From positions 1 through 64,000 of IMG/VR virus record IMGVR_UViG_3300045741_000352: 64,000 bases of DNA; one strand, written 5' to 3'. Position 1 is the first letter of the stretch. The number at the start of each line of letters is the position of its first letter. The position numbers and the translations under genes are program-made. Source of the DNA: a virus. Below the pieces are notes generated by a model. It had not been told where the DNA came from and did no database searches. It saw nothing but the letters and a program-made list of their open reading frames with translations. Shown here piece after piece: positions 44,820 through 54,580 of this stretch.

Positions 44820-47630
44820 ATGGCAGGATTTGGTGACTTCTTACAGGCAATTCACTTTGGCGTAGGTCTCGCGGGTGGTTTTGCTGCACAGGCGGCACAG
44901 GAGCGTGCAGCGGCGCAGCAACAACGCCTTGAAGGTTTGAAACTCCTCAAAGATGATGAACATGAATTTGTGCCTGCTGGTGATGTGCCAAATCAAGCAG
45001 GCTTTTTAGGTACACTGTTCGGAGCACCTGCCGCTCCTGACGTGTACAACATTGCTGGAAGTAATTTTCGTCTTCAACGTAGACCACCTATTAGTCTTAC
45101 ACCGCTCACAGATACCACAGCTTCGCAAACAGAAGTGAAACCAAGCGCAACGAGTTTCGGCACTGTACAACCACTCAGCGATGTGCAACCTGCTGCACCA
45201 AATATCACAACACCGGAACAGAAACCAAGCGCAAACAATGCGGTGACACAACCAAATGCTGCCGCAGTTGCACCTTCGCTCATAAAAGCAGCGAGAACAA
45301 TAAATGTCGCGCCGTCTGATTTATTCGCACTTGCACACGTTGAAAGTAGTTTTAATCCAAAAGCTGTTGGTCGTGTAACTAAATATGGTTGGCAAGCACA
45401 GGGACTTTTACAATTGAGTCCTGATACTGCTCGTGATTATGGTGTACGTGATGTGTTTGATCCTGATCAAAATGCACTTGGCGGCGCACAGAAATGGGCA
45501 TATTCGCTACGTAAGGCTGATGGAGACCCTGCTGAGGCGTACAGGCGCTTCTATAATCCTGGTGCAAGTGATGCAGATGTACGGAAGTTTCTGGACGCTC
45601 GTGATCGGTTTCAAAATTTACCAGCACTTACTGATAAAGTAGTGAATGCACGCTTTGCCGGACCCGGAGCTGCGGCACCTGCTGAAGTGCCGGTACCCAC
45701 AGAGAAGCCCGAAAATACCGACTTGAATGTACAGAACGCATCGACGCAAGGTGCAACTGAGCAACCGACAACGGCGCAAGGTGCAACTGAGCAACCGACA
45801 ACGGCACAACCGACAACGGCACAACCGACAACGGCACAACCGACAACGGCACAACCGACAACGGCACAACCGACAACGGCACAACCTGTCGCACCCAAGC
45901 CGTCACTCATTGAGACACCATACGAGACGCCAGAGCAGCGCGGTATTAAAGCCTATAACAAAACACTTCAGCAATTTCAACCGTTCACACGCACAAAGAA
46001 GGATGCTGAAGCCGCAGTCAAAGCCGCACTTATTGCTCAGGAAAAAGCAGAAAAGGACCACGAAACTGAAGTCTCTGTGCGTGTACCAGCGGAAGTAAAA
46101 AAGTTTCTTGAAAATGAGCACCGCCCACAGGTGATCGAAGCGGCAAAAGATGTGCGTACTTTGCCGCAATTTGGTGAATTACTTCTCAAGGCACGTAACA
46201 CACCCGAAGTGCCCTGGATTCAGCAAGCTACAGCGGCTATGCAGCAAGCACTTGCACAATCACCAGAGGTGCAAAAACAGGTTGCATCCAACATCTATCA
46301 AAAGATGCTCGCAGCGAACTTCACACCGCAGGTTATCAATGACACGTTGACAAACGCAGGTTATACTGGCGCACTCAAAACACAAGAAGAAGTTGAGCGT
46401 ACAAATGCACTGGCCGGTCCCCAGGCAAAAGCGGCAGCGCAATCTCGTGAAGCTGTGCTGACGACGGAATTAAACAAACGCGCCGCTGCGGTAAAATCTG
46501 CAGAAAGTTTGCTGGCGAAAGATGATTTTGAAGGCGCACAGCAGGCACTTAGTGTTGGACAAATCCCATTTACTGACTGGCCTGAAAAACTCAAAACACA
46601 CCTCGCAGTAGCGGAAATATCTGGAACTGCTACTGCCAAAGCTGAAGCAAAAGCACAGGAAACTAAGGCGACCACAGAGGTCACAAAACGATTTGCGAAT
46701 CTCGGTACACCTGAATATCAAGCTATACGCGAGCGTGTGTATAAAAAAGGCATCGCAGATGGTGAGATAGAGCCTGGTACGCCCTATGGTGATCTACCGT
46801 ATTCATTCGACCAAAAAGTACACGAACAGGCTGTACAAGATGATCTCAAATTACAGGTGCAAAAATCTGGAGATCAACGTGTACCTGAAGCGACACTGCG
46901 TGATTATATCGACCCCATCACACACCACTCTGTTCGCGCTCCTATTGGTGTAACGTGGTCACAGCTACAAGAGTTGACAAAAAATTTACCAGAATCTCCT
47001 GTGCTTGTTACGCCGAAAGATAGAGAAGCTGTACAAACTCTTGATTCATTTACCGCAGTAGCAAACGACCTTAAAACACGTCTTGAACGTTTATCTCAAC
47101 CAGGTAAGCCGTTATATGGCGTCACTTCGGGTCTCTTTGATCGCGTAGCACTGGCGGCAAGTCTGATAAAATCGGCAAGAACACAAGATGAGCAAGATCT
47201 TAAAGTGCTTCAACAGCGTCTAAGTGAATGGGGCACAAAAACTATTGTGAACATTGAAGGTCTAAAAGGACGCCCCGCGTTTCAATTATTACAACCGGCA
47301 CTTGAGTTGCGCCCGAATCTCAACGTGGGAATAACCAAATTACCAGACACACCAGCACAGATACTTGCACAAATAAACGGCGACTTAGACCTTGTGCATC
47401 ATTTGACAAATAACATCATCTACGGTCGTCGTGAAACGGACATTCCAGAATACCTACGTGACCCTGAGTATTACAAAAAAGCGATACCGCAACAGAGTAC
47501 GTCAGCGATACCTGCAACGACTACACCCACAGCGACATCGGCTACACCAGCAGCGCGAGCGCAAGCGGCTGGCACGACGCCAGCAGCGTCACCAACAAAT
47601 GATCCATTAGATATCAACATAAATAAATAA
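44820..47630 (+). CDS. internal virion protein with a lytic transglycosylase (SLT) domain
   Basis: ALAHVESSFNPKAVG ... GLLQLSPDTARDYG is the SLT catalytic region. 936 aa with long coiled-coil stretches, comparable to T7 gp16-type ejection proteins. Confidence 0.75.
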   Translation: MAGFGDFLQAIHFGVGLAGGFAAQAAQERAAAQQQRLEGLKLLKDDEHEFVPAGDVPNQAGFLGTLFGAPAAPDVYNIAGSNFRLQRRPPISLTPLTDTTASQTEVKPSATSFGTVQPLSDVQPAAPNITTPEQKPSANNAVTQPNAAAVAPSLIKAARTINVAPSDLFALAHVESSFNPKAVGRVTKYGWQAQGLLQLSPDTARDYGVRDVFDPDQNALGGAQKWAYSLRKADGDPAEAYRRFYNPGASDADVRKFLDARDRFQNLPALTDKVVNARFAGPGAAAPAEVPVPTEKPENTDLNVQNASTQGATEQPTTAQGATEQPTTAQPTTAQPTTAQPTTAQPTTAQPTTAQPVAPKPSLIETPYETPEQRGIKAYNKTLQQFQPFTRTKKDAEAAVKAALIAQEKAEKDHETEVSVRVPAEVKKFLENEHRPQVIEAAKDVRTLPQFGELLLKARNTPEVPWIQQATAAMQQALAQSPEVQKQVASNIYQKMLAANFTPQVINDTLTNAGYTGALKTQEEVERTNALAGPQAKAAAQSREAVLTTELNKRAAAVKSAESLLAKDDFEGAQQALSVGQIPFTDWPEKLKTHLAVAEISGTATAKAEAKAQETKATTEVTKRFANLGTPEYQAIRERVYKKGIADGEIEPGTPYGDLPYSFDQKVHEQAVQDDLKLQVQKSGDQRVPEATLRDYIDPITHHSVRAPIGVTWSQLQELTKNLPESPVLVTPKDREAVQTLDSFTAVANDLKTRLERLSQPGKPLYGVTSGLFDRVALAASLIKSARTQDEQDLKVLQQRLSEWGTKTIVNIEGLKGRPAFQLLQPALELRPNLNVGITKLPDTPAQILAQINGDLDLVHHLTNNIIYGRRETDIPEYLRDPEYYKKAIPQQSTSAIPATTTPTATSATPAARAQAAGTTPAASPTNDPLDININK
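45746..45886 (+). repeat. in-frame 30-bp x2 plus 15-bp x5 tandem repeats (PTTAQ linker)
   Basis: ACAACCGACAACGGC units encode (PTTAQ)n inside the SLT protein. Confidence 0.9.
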
Positions 47631-47642
47631 TGGAGTATACAC

Positions 47643-50600
47643 GTGGGTCCGTATGATGCAATGGATGACACTGAACTCGCAGTAAAAATCAAAGCACTTG
47701 ATGATGAAACACTTGGCAGCAAAATTAAACAGTTGTTGCCAGGTGTGTATGACGCACTAGATAATGTTGAAATCGGAAAGCGCGTGAAAAGACTGCCTGA
47801 TGTGCAACTTGGACAAAAAATCAAACAAATTACAACACAACTTCAAGTAGAACAAAAAGCTACACAAAAAACAACACCACCGGATATTACACGACCTTCA
47901 ACACAGATGCGTACCCCAGACAACGCATCCATCAATAAAGAAGATTTAGGTACAATACAACAACAACTACAAGAAGCCGATACAACGCACGAAGTTGGTC
48001 AGCCGTCATTTCTCGAACGTGTGCTTCCTCAAAGTGTGCTTGATAGTGCTCACACTGCACAGAACTTCATTTCAGGCAGCGCACCGACTGATATAGATAC
48101 TACCACGGGTGGTGCCGCACCCGTGGTAAAAGGTGTTGTACAGGGTCTTGACAGCATGGTAGGTGCTATAACTCGTCCTGTAGGTAAAGCACTGGAGTGG
48201 TATGGTCTAATACCTGAAGCGCTCGGTGTTGTCCCTGAAGGTACAGGGAACGTGTCTTCATCTGTCGGTCAGGCGCTACAGTCACCCGCAGCTACACAGC
48301 CAATCGAGAACACCGTAACAGCCGGACAAGGCTTTCACCCATCAGAAGGCCCCGCTGCTGTGTTACAGCACGTGATTAGTAGTGTAGTAGGGGCAGCAGC
48401 ACCTCTGGCACTCTCAGCACGCCTCTTGCCGCTATTAGGCGCAGGTTTCGAGTTACCAACTTCTGAGCAAATCATACAGGCGATGAGATTAGGTCGTAAC
48501 GGTGCATTAACTGGTGAAGCGGCAAAGGCACGTGGCATAGGGCCATGGGGTCAGTTTTTTTCAGAACTTGCTGGTGGCGCTATGGAACCGAAACAGGTAG
48601 TGCAGATATTCAGAGCACTGCGAGAGCGACCTGAATTGCGTAGTTACCTGACAGCATCAACAGGTAAGATACTTGATAAAAATACGAAAAACGTGGGCCA
48701 ATTCGCAGAACAGGCTTTTGGCGGTCGCCCACTTTCAGAGCAATTTGCCAGCCCTGAATCGACCAATCCTGGTACACTTGAGCGACGAAAAAATGCGTTA
48801 CAGAATTTTGTAGGTGAACAACAGAAATCAGTTTTTGAAGCGCAGCAAACAGCACAAGAAACAGCGCAAACTGCCGCCACAGCTCGTGATCGTCTTCATG
48901 TGCTTAACTCAGGTGCCGTAGAACGTCAGTTCGCTGCTGATGATATCGCAGCGTCTCAAATCGAAAATGCACAACAAAAAATGCAGGATATTGAGGACAA
49001 AATTACACAGGTGCGTAATAGTGGTGCTATTGATGCACATGAGCAAGAAGTTGCACTTGTGAGGCAAAAAGCTGACGTGCGCGACCAGTATACGCAAGCA
49101 ACACGTGCAGCGAGAGATGCACATAACGCTATCGCAGATACAATATACAATGATAACAAATCTGTACAGCGTAGTATCGCAGATATTCAAGATCAATCAG
49201 AACAACTTGCTGCTGCAAATACAAAAACTATCAATGATGTGCTTGACTACGCACAAAAAAACGCAGCAAAAGTTGGTTCTGAGGTTGCAAACGCTGGAAG
49301 TAGGCAAACAGATGTGGGTCGTGGTTTGCTCGAAGCTGGTGGTACAAACTTACAACAATTTTACGACATTATTGTACAACGCATTAAATCTGTTTTAGGT
49401 CGGCAGTATGAGGATTTACTTGCAGATACAAACATTACAGGAAATGCCAAGAAATTAGATGAAATCATACAAAGGTATAAGCCAACTATTGAACCAGAAT
49501 CAATTCCTACCGCAGAAGTAGCTGGTAGGTACGCACCGAAAGGCTTGCTAAAAGATTTTGAAAACAAGTTAGCACAGTTGGGTGAAAATGTAACAACAGT
49601 CTCCTTCAAAGATATACATGAGTTCAGGTCAAATGTGTACGATGAGATACGACGTACAGCGTATGGTGATCCCAGACGACGCTCGCTTATGCAGCTTGCA
49701 GGTGAACTCGAAGCGTACATCAATAACATCGGAGACGGGCACCCTGACTTACCGCAATACCGAACATTGAATGACAGTTATCGCACAGAAATTCGACGTG
49801 TAACTGGTGGACCCGGTTATTATACCCAACTGAAAAATCCAATTACGGGTGACGTAATTCATACACCTATTGAAGATGTAGCACACATCTTCGGACCCGG
49901 ACCTACGCTTGAACGTACAACTGGTGTAGCAGCACAGCGTGCAAATAACTTCAGCACTTTTCTCCGTGATGTGGGCGATGTTGCTGAGTCTGCGCGTCTG
50001 CAAAATGATACTGCGACACAGAACATGGCAGAGGGCGCAAAAGCAGCTATATTTGACATTATTCGTAACCACTTTTATCAAAGTGTCATGAAGGATGGTG
50101 TTTACACACCCAAGCTCGCTGAAAAGTGGTTCAACGATTACAGCTCGTATCTCAATGAATCGCCAGAACTTGCAAGAATTTTTAGCACACCGAAAGATCG
50201 TCTCGCCGCAGTACGTCAGGTGGAAGCAAATGCACAGGCGGCACAAGAACTACCTCAGACATATATAGAAGCGATGCGTAAAGAGTTGAGTGCACGCACT
50301 ATTGCAGATAGGGACGCTTTACGTGAGTCACAACGTGCCCGAACTGCCGCTACGGACAATGCCACAGACACGAGAGCACTCAGTAATGACATACTTGAAG
50401 AGGATCGTTTAGCACTTGCCCGTCAAAAAATTGAAAATAGCCAGAGAACCACAGAAGAGTTGACAAAGGCACAGCGTGCTCGTGATGCTGAGATCAGACA
50501 GGCAAAAATGGAAAGAGAAGCTACGAGACGAGATATTACACGCGAAAAAGTGAAGCAGCAAGATGTGGTGTATGACGCTGATAAGCGTGCAAAAGAAGCC

Positions 50601-51368
50601 GCAGACCTCGAAGCACAGGCGGTGAAATACTACAAAGAGACTTTTGGTAACACCGACGCAGCACAAGCATCACTGGAAGAAGACCTTGTGCATGAACACA
50701 TCGGGTCACGTCCATCTGACATTATCGCACAGATGAATGACATCGGTGCGAATACGCCGGGTGGTGACGCACAGCGTGGGAAATACTTTGGGTTTTTCTT
50801 CCGCAAGGCTGGCGGTAATCAACATGGTGAAGTTGAGCAGGCGTTGTTACATGAAATGTGGCGACAATTTCTAGGAACAGATGCCGAAGGTAGACTGAAT
50901 CCTCCTGACGTAGATAAAGCTGAAAAATTTATCACAAGAAATAGTCAGTTCCTTCGTGATTACTACCCTGACTACTATGATGACATCACCAAAGTACACA
51001 GTGTTTTGAAGGAATTACAAGATTTACGTGATTTGTCGAACAAACTTTTCCCCGGTGGCGGTTCGCTCTTTTCACATGCAAGTGTCGCATCTGGTGCAGC
51101 ATACGCTCTGCACATCCTGGGGGCAATACCCTGGAATGCTGCGGTAGGTATTATTTTGGGATACGAGATTCCAGCTAACTTGCTCTGGCGACGTAGAGTA
51201 GCGGGACTCTCGAATATATATCTCAATGCAGACAACGCAGCTCTCGTGCGTAACAACATACTCACAAAGAATCCAGTGCCAAATGTCGCCAATGGAGCCG
51301 CGTACAGTATAGCAGTGCGTTCTGGTATTATCGCACGCGAAGCTGCTGATTTAGCAAAAAGTGAGTAA
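47643..51368 (+). CDS. very large internal virion / ejection protein candidate
   Basis: 1241 aa, with GTG behind TGGAG. Highly alpha-helical, charged composition. Last large gene of the virion block. Confidence 0.45.
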   Translation: MGPYDAMDDTELAVKIKALDDETLGSKIKQLLPGVYDALDNVEIGKRVKRLPDVQLGQKIKQITTQLQVEQKATQKTTPPDITRPSTQMRTPDNASINKEDLGTIQQQLQEADTTHEVGQPSFLERVLPQSVLDSAHTAQNFISGSAPTDIDTTTGGAAPVVKGVVQGLDSMVGAITRPVGKALEWYGLIPEALGVVPEGTGNVSSSVGQALQSPAATQPIENTVTAGQGFHPSEGPAAVLQHVISSVVGAAAPLALSARLLPLLGAGFELPTSEQIIQAMRLGRNGALTGEAAKARGIGPWGQFFSELAGGAMEPKQVVQIFRALRERPELRSYLTASTGKILDKNTKNVGQFAEQAFGGRPLSEQFASPESTNPGTLERRKNALQNFVGEQQKSVFEAQQTAQETAQTAATARDRLHVLNSGAVERQFAADDIAASQIENAQQKMQDIEDKITQVRNSGAIDAHEQEVALVRQKADVRDQYTQATRAARDAHNAIADTIYNDNKSVQRSIADIQDQSEQLAAANTKTINDVLDYAQKNAAKVGSEVANAGSRQTDVGRGLLEAGGTNLQQFYDIIVQRIKSVLGRQYEDLLADTNITGNAKKLDEIIQRYKPTIEPESIPTAEVAGRYAPKGLLKDFENKLAQLGENVTTVSFKDIHEFRSNVYDEIRRTAYGDPRRRSLMQLAGELEAYINNIGDGHPDLPQYRTLNDSYRTEIRRVTGGPGYYTQLKNPITGDVIHTPIEDVAHIFGPGPTLERTTGVAAQRANNFSTFLRDVGDVAESARLQNDTATQNMAEGAKAAIFDIIRNHFYQSVMKDGVYTPKLAEKWFNDYSSYLNESPELARIFSTPKDRLAAVRQVEANAQAAQELPQTYIEAMRKELSARTIADRDALRESQRARTAATDNATDTRALSNDILEEDRLALARQKIENSQRTTEELTKAQRARDAEIRQAKMEREATRRDITREKVKQQDVVYDADKRAKEAADLEAQAVKYYKETFGNTDAAQASLEEDLVHEHIGSRPSDIIAQMNDIGANTPGGDAQRGKYFGFFFRKAGGNQHGEVEQALLHEMWRQFLGTDAEGRLNPPDVDKAEKFITRNSQFLRDYYPDYYDDITKVHSVLKELQDLRDLSNKLFPGGGSLFSHASVASGAAYALHILGAIPWNAAVGIILGYEIPANLLWRRRVAGLSNIYLNADNAALVRNNILTKNPVPNVANGAAYSIAVRSGIIAREAADLAKSE

Positions 51369-51391
51369 CACTTTCTAGTAGGAGTTTTTCC

Positions 51392-51640
51392 ATGGCACAT
51401 GAAGCTGCTGTCCAGGTGGTTAATACAATACACGAACAACTCGCTGGAATTGTTCGTGACGCCATAAATGCCCTGAAAGATGGACACATAGATGCGATGG
51501 AAGGTATGATGCTCGGTATGCGAGCAATGAGCTTATCAAGCGCCATCATCCCTTTACTCGGACAGGCAACACCCCAAGTACGCAATGATGTGCTATATGT
51601 ACTGGAGCATGGGCAAATTGTCATGCCCGACACTCCCTGA
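51392..51640 (+). CDS. hypothetical protein
   Basis: 82 codons with TAGGAG upstream. Confidence 0.45.
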   Translation: MAHEAAVQVVNTIHEQLAGIVRDAINALKDGHIDAMEGMMLGMRAMSLSSAIIPLLGQATPQVRNDVLYVLEHGQIVMPDTP

Positions 51641-51675
51641 CAACAACACTTTTCATTGAATGTGGGAAATACTCT

Positions 51676-51945
51676 ATGGCGCAATCCACTCCATTTGCAG
51701 ATGTTTCAGCAGTCTTTTTCGCTCTGCAATGTATCGGCGCACTCTTTGCTTCTTTCCTCTGGTGGTGGATGCGTGATCTAGTACGGCAGTTTCGGGAACA
51801 CGATGCTGCCGCAGATCGAGCCATGGGAGCCATGCGAGAGCAAATAGCTACACTCATGGCGTTCCAGCAATCTATGTCTCAATCACTTGATGAGCTGCGT
51901 AATGAAGTACGCGAACTTCGGCACGCTTTAATCGAGCGTAGGTGA
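51676..51945 (+). CDS. single-pass membrane protein with coiled coil (lysis-module candidate)
   Basis: TM segment VSAVFFALQCIGALFASFLWWW followed by a charged helix. Lies at the end of the late operon. Confidence 0.4.
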   Translation: MAQSTPFADVSAVFFALQCIGALFASFLWWWMRDLVRQFREHDAAADRAMGAMREQIATLMAFQQSMSQSLDELRNEVRELRHALIERR

Positions 51946-51946
51946 T

Positions 51947-52315
51947 GTGCGGAATGTCTGGCGGACTTTACAAAATTGTTTACTCATCCTGGCAAATATC
52001 TGGGCGTTTCGGCAATTATGGCGAGTGATGCGATACAATGAAAAACCTGCTGTATTTTATTCTATATTACTATTTTTTGTAATAGTTCTCTGGTTTTACA
52101 GTGTGTATGAGTTGCAACATGATACTGCACAATTTGTGTGGGGAAATAATGGAAGTCACATTTATCACTGGTCAGGTTGTCCCAACTATCCTGCACAGGT
52201 AAATCCTCTTTCAAATTGGCAGCGCTTTAACAGTCGCGCAGATGCAGAGGCGGCGGGTTTTCGTCCAGCACGTAATTGTCCTGTGAGTGTCCCGTCCTCA
52301 GAGAAAGAACGTTAG
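51947..52315 (+). CDS. membrane protein with a C-terminal Cys/His motif
   Basis: Two hydrophobic segments, then YHWSGCPNY...AEAAGFRPARNC. Confidence 0.4.
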   Translation: MRNVWRTLQNCLLILANIWAFRQLWRVMRYNEKPAVFYSILLFFVIVLWFYSVYELQHDTAQFVWGNNGSHIYHWSGCPNYPAQVNPLSNWQRFNSRADAEAAGFRPARNCPVSVPSSEKER

Positions 52316-52342
52316 CGACGGGACGCCACATCAGTAACATGG

Positions 52343-52648
52343 TCAGTTGTCAGTGATTGAATTTACGATGCTTAACAGGAGATCACGGTAGGCTGGAATC
52401 GACCCAAAATGTTTGGTGACGGTTTCAGCACTCGGCATGTGCTCCTCAGTGCAAAAATCCTGTATTCTGGGCACATGATGATGTGCTTGAAAAAAAAGCA
52501 CTCCCAACGCAAGACAATCGAAGGGAGAAAAAATAATGCCAGTTGAAAATTCTTTCCCTTCGACCTTGTATCGGTACTTTTTACAACAGTAGTGACGAAC
52601 CATTAAAGCGTGGGCGGCTTTTTTATCTGTGACGGGTAGTGTTGCCAT
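52343..52648 (-). CDS. hypothetical protein
   Basis: 101 codons, last gene of the leftward operon. PSAETVTKHFGSIPAYRDLL resembles the repeat associated with homing endonucleases. Confidence 0.4.
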   Translation of the reverse strand: MATLPVTDKKAAHALMVRHYCCKKYRYKVEGKEFSTGIIFSPFDCLALGVLFFQAHHHVPRIQDFCTEEHMPSAETVTKHFGSIPAYRDLLLSIVNSITDN

Positions 52649-52659
52649 CGCTTTTTCTG

Positions 52660-53070
52660 TTAACGTTTAATAAGTGGTGGATTACGCACACCGAAATAGA
52701 CACGGTAGTGTTTATTACCAGCCGCGTCTGTATCGTCTCTCCGCGTCTTCAAGATGTAAACCTCACCGCTGTACCACTGGTTTGAAAGCCAGTAAGCTAC
52801 TGCTTGCCACAGCGTAGGCTCATCAAGAGCTAAAGTCAGGACGCGCAGCTTTTTTCCGTCTTGCAGAGCTTCACTTTTGCTCTGGATGATAGGATCAAGA
52901 GTGGTTAAACTCCGGTTGGCCCAATAGGTAATAGCTACCCAGAGTTCATCTACCGTCTCAAACTCAAACTCTCCTGTGTCGGTCCACTCAACACTTTGAT
53001 AGGCATGAACCGGAACGATAAAAATCAACAACAACATCAGACAGATTATCAGCATTTTTTGACGTAGCAC
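52660..53070 (-). CDS. secreted hypothetical protein
   Basis: GTG behind AAGGAG. Signal-like N-terminus LIICLMLLLIFIVPVHA-YQ. Confidence 0.5.
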   Translation of the reverse strand: MLRQKMLIICLMLLLIFIVPVHAYQSVEWTDTGEFEFETVDELWVAITYWANRSLTTLDPIIQSKSEALQDGKKLRVLTLALDEPTLWQAVAYWLSNQWYSGEVYILKTRRDDTDAAGNKHYRVYFGVRNPPLIKR

Positions 53071-53088
53071 AATTGGGGTCTCCTTGTT

Positions 53089-53376
53089 TTATACGCCACG
53101 AAAGTCGTCAGACTTTGGAAGTTGAACTTCAACATCACTAGGAATAATCAACTCACCTTGCAGAGCCACAGCTTGAATGGCACGCATACTCGCTTCTTCA
53201 AGATGTGTGAGAGCAAGACTCTGTGAGCGCCCCGCTGGTGTCGTGCGTAAAATGAGCGCACCGAGGTCAACAACCTTCTCACGAATCTTTTCCATCGTAT
53301 CGGCTTGCACCCCGTCTACCTTATGGTAAAAAAGCGGTGTAAGTCGCTGTGCTTCTTCTGTGGTTAAGATTGTCAT
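53089..53376 (-). CDS. small helical protein (possible Acb2/Tad1-type hairpin)
   Basis: ATG 53376 behind GAGGAAG. RSQSLALTHLEEASMRAIQA motif. The assignment is from memory only. Confidence 0.35.
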   Translation of the reverse strand: MTILTTEEAQRLTPLFYHKVDGVQADTMEKIREKVVDLGALILRTTPAGRSQSLALTHLEEASMRAIQAVALQGELIIPSDVEVQLPKSDDFRGV

Positions 53377-53636
53377 TTCTTCCTCTTTTCTTGTGTTGGT
53401 GCATCGCACCGTATCGTTTCATCTCCGATTTGTACCAGCTGCAAACCATTCGGTAATTTATAGACGGCAACAGCCGCACAGTAACCAGCTTTGAATCCTT
53501 GATCCCACTCTGTAATTTTTGTAGCTGCACTAACCCACACAACGACACTCAGGATGAATATCAAAATCAATTCAACAGTGTAGTATCTAGTAATCCTCTT
53601 CCTCCCTTTCCTCCTTCTCAGCTTTGATGCGCTCAT
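53373..53636 (-). CDS. membrane-anchored hypothetical protein
   Basis: Basic N-terminus followed by the TM segment ELILIFILSVVVWV. GAGGTAG upstream. Confidence 0.4.
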   Translation of the reverse strand: MSASKLRRRKGRKRITRYYTVELILIFILSVVVWVSAATKITEWDQGFKAGYCAAVAVYKLPNGLQLVQIGDETIRCDAPTQEKRKK

Positions 53637-53751
53637 TTTCTACCTCAATTGCAAACAATCCAATTTTGTAATTGAGGTATCGACCGACAAGGTACGCCGC
53701 GATGAGCCACAACACAGCAAACAATAACAAAGGTCCAATCTCAAATGTCAT
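53587..53751 (-). CDS. small membrane protein with an acidic tail (54 aa)
   Basis: ATG 53751 behind GGAAGAG. MTFEIGPLLLFAVLWLIAAYLVG...EEREEEDY. Confidence 0.35.
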   Translation of the reverse strand: MTFEIGPLLLFAVLWLIAAYLVGRYLNYKIGLFAIEVENERIKAEKEEREEEDY

Positions 53752-53771
53752 AATCTCTTCCTTTAGTCTTC

Positions 53772-54188
53772 CTATTTACTCAGGCACCCCCCCAGATTGC
53801 ACACGTATGATCTTCCTATTTGGTAATTCATATTTCCTAACTGCAAAGTCTCCCAACATGGTTGCTTAATAAAGTCGAGAGAGACGCCATGAAAGAACTC
53901 TCCCTCCCTCTCCCCTTTCGGCATCGATACTGCCTTGAGGGCGTAACACCACCCCACGGCAGGCTCACCATGAAACCACTGACGTATGATATTCCTCGCA
54001 TCCTCAGCGGTCCCCCCTCGCCCCTCGAAATACATCGCCCATGATTCCCCACCCTTAGAATCAGCGCCGGAGTGGAAGTTCCCCTCTTCGGCATAGCCCT
54101 GCTCACTCAGGCCAAGACAGAGCATCAGAAGTACGATAGTTAAAAGCCAGACAGATAGTCGCGTCATCACTTTCCCCTGTTTACTCAT
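53772..54188 (-). CDS. secreted hypothetical protein
   Basis: ATGA coupling. Signal-like MTRLSVWLLTIVLLMLCLGLSEQGYA. Confidence 0.5.
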   Translation of the reverse strand: MSKQGKVMTRLSVWLLTIVLLMLCLGLSEQGYAEEGNFHSGADSKGGESWAMYFEGRGGTAEDARNIIRQWFHGEPAVGWCYALKAVSMPKGEREGEFFHGVSLDFIKQPCWETLQLGNMNYQIGRSYVCNLGGCLSK

Positions 54189-54394
54189 TCCACACCCTTG
54201 TGAGTATTCAACCGCTTTGCAATAGCCACAAGTGCTTTGGCATAGATTGGCTCAATTTTCTGTTGAAACTGCTTGGGTGTGTCGCGCCGTATTGTATGTT
54301 CTACGTAAGTTACCTTCTCCAGAATCGCTCGTATATGATGGATGTCGGCAGCAGAAGAATCTTCATCCAATAAAAGTGGTAACTCATTACTCAC
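54185..54394 (-). CDS. hypothetical protein
   Basis: GTG behind AAAGGAG. 69 aa. Confidence 0.45.
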   Translation of the reverse strand: MSNELPLLLDEDSSAADIHHIRAILEKVTYVEHTIRRDTPKQFQQKIEPIYAKALVAIAKRLNTHKGVE

Positions 54395-54406
54395 AACACT
54401 ACTCCT

Positions 54407-54580
54407 TTAATCTTCGTGCTGATCTTTCTGTCCCTGCTCATATCCTCGCTCCCAACCTACTTCGTATGCCACTTGTAAATGATCGACCATGCTTTCAAGT
54501 AGCTCACGATCCAAGCGACCTACACGAGAAAACAATTGACCGATCCACCGCTGAAAATGTCTCTCTTCTGTGCTGTCCAT
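54407..54580 (-). CDS. small hypothetical protein
   Basis: TAATG coupling to the RNR stop. Begins MDSTEERHFQRW. Confidence 0.4.
   Translation of the reverse strand: MDSTEERHFQRWIGQLFSRVGRLDRELLESMVDHLQVAYEVGWERGYEQGQKDQHED

Noticed and set aside
52283-52325. Hairpin GTCCCGTC-20 nt-GACGGGAC at the convergence point of the two operons as a terminator
   Set aside because: The stem is short, the loop is long, there is no U-run on either strand, and half of it lies within coding sequence.
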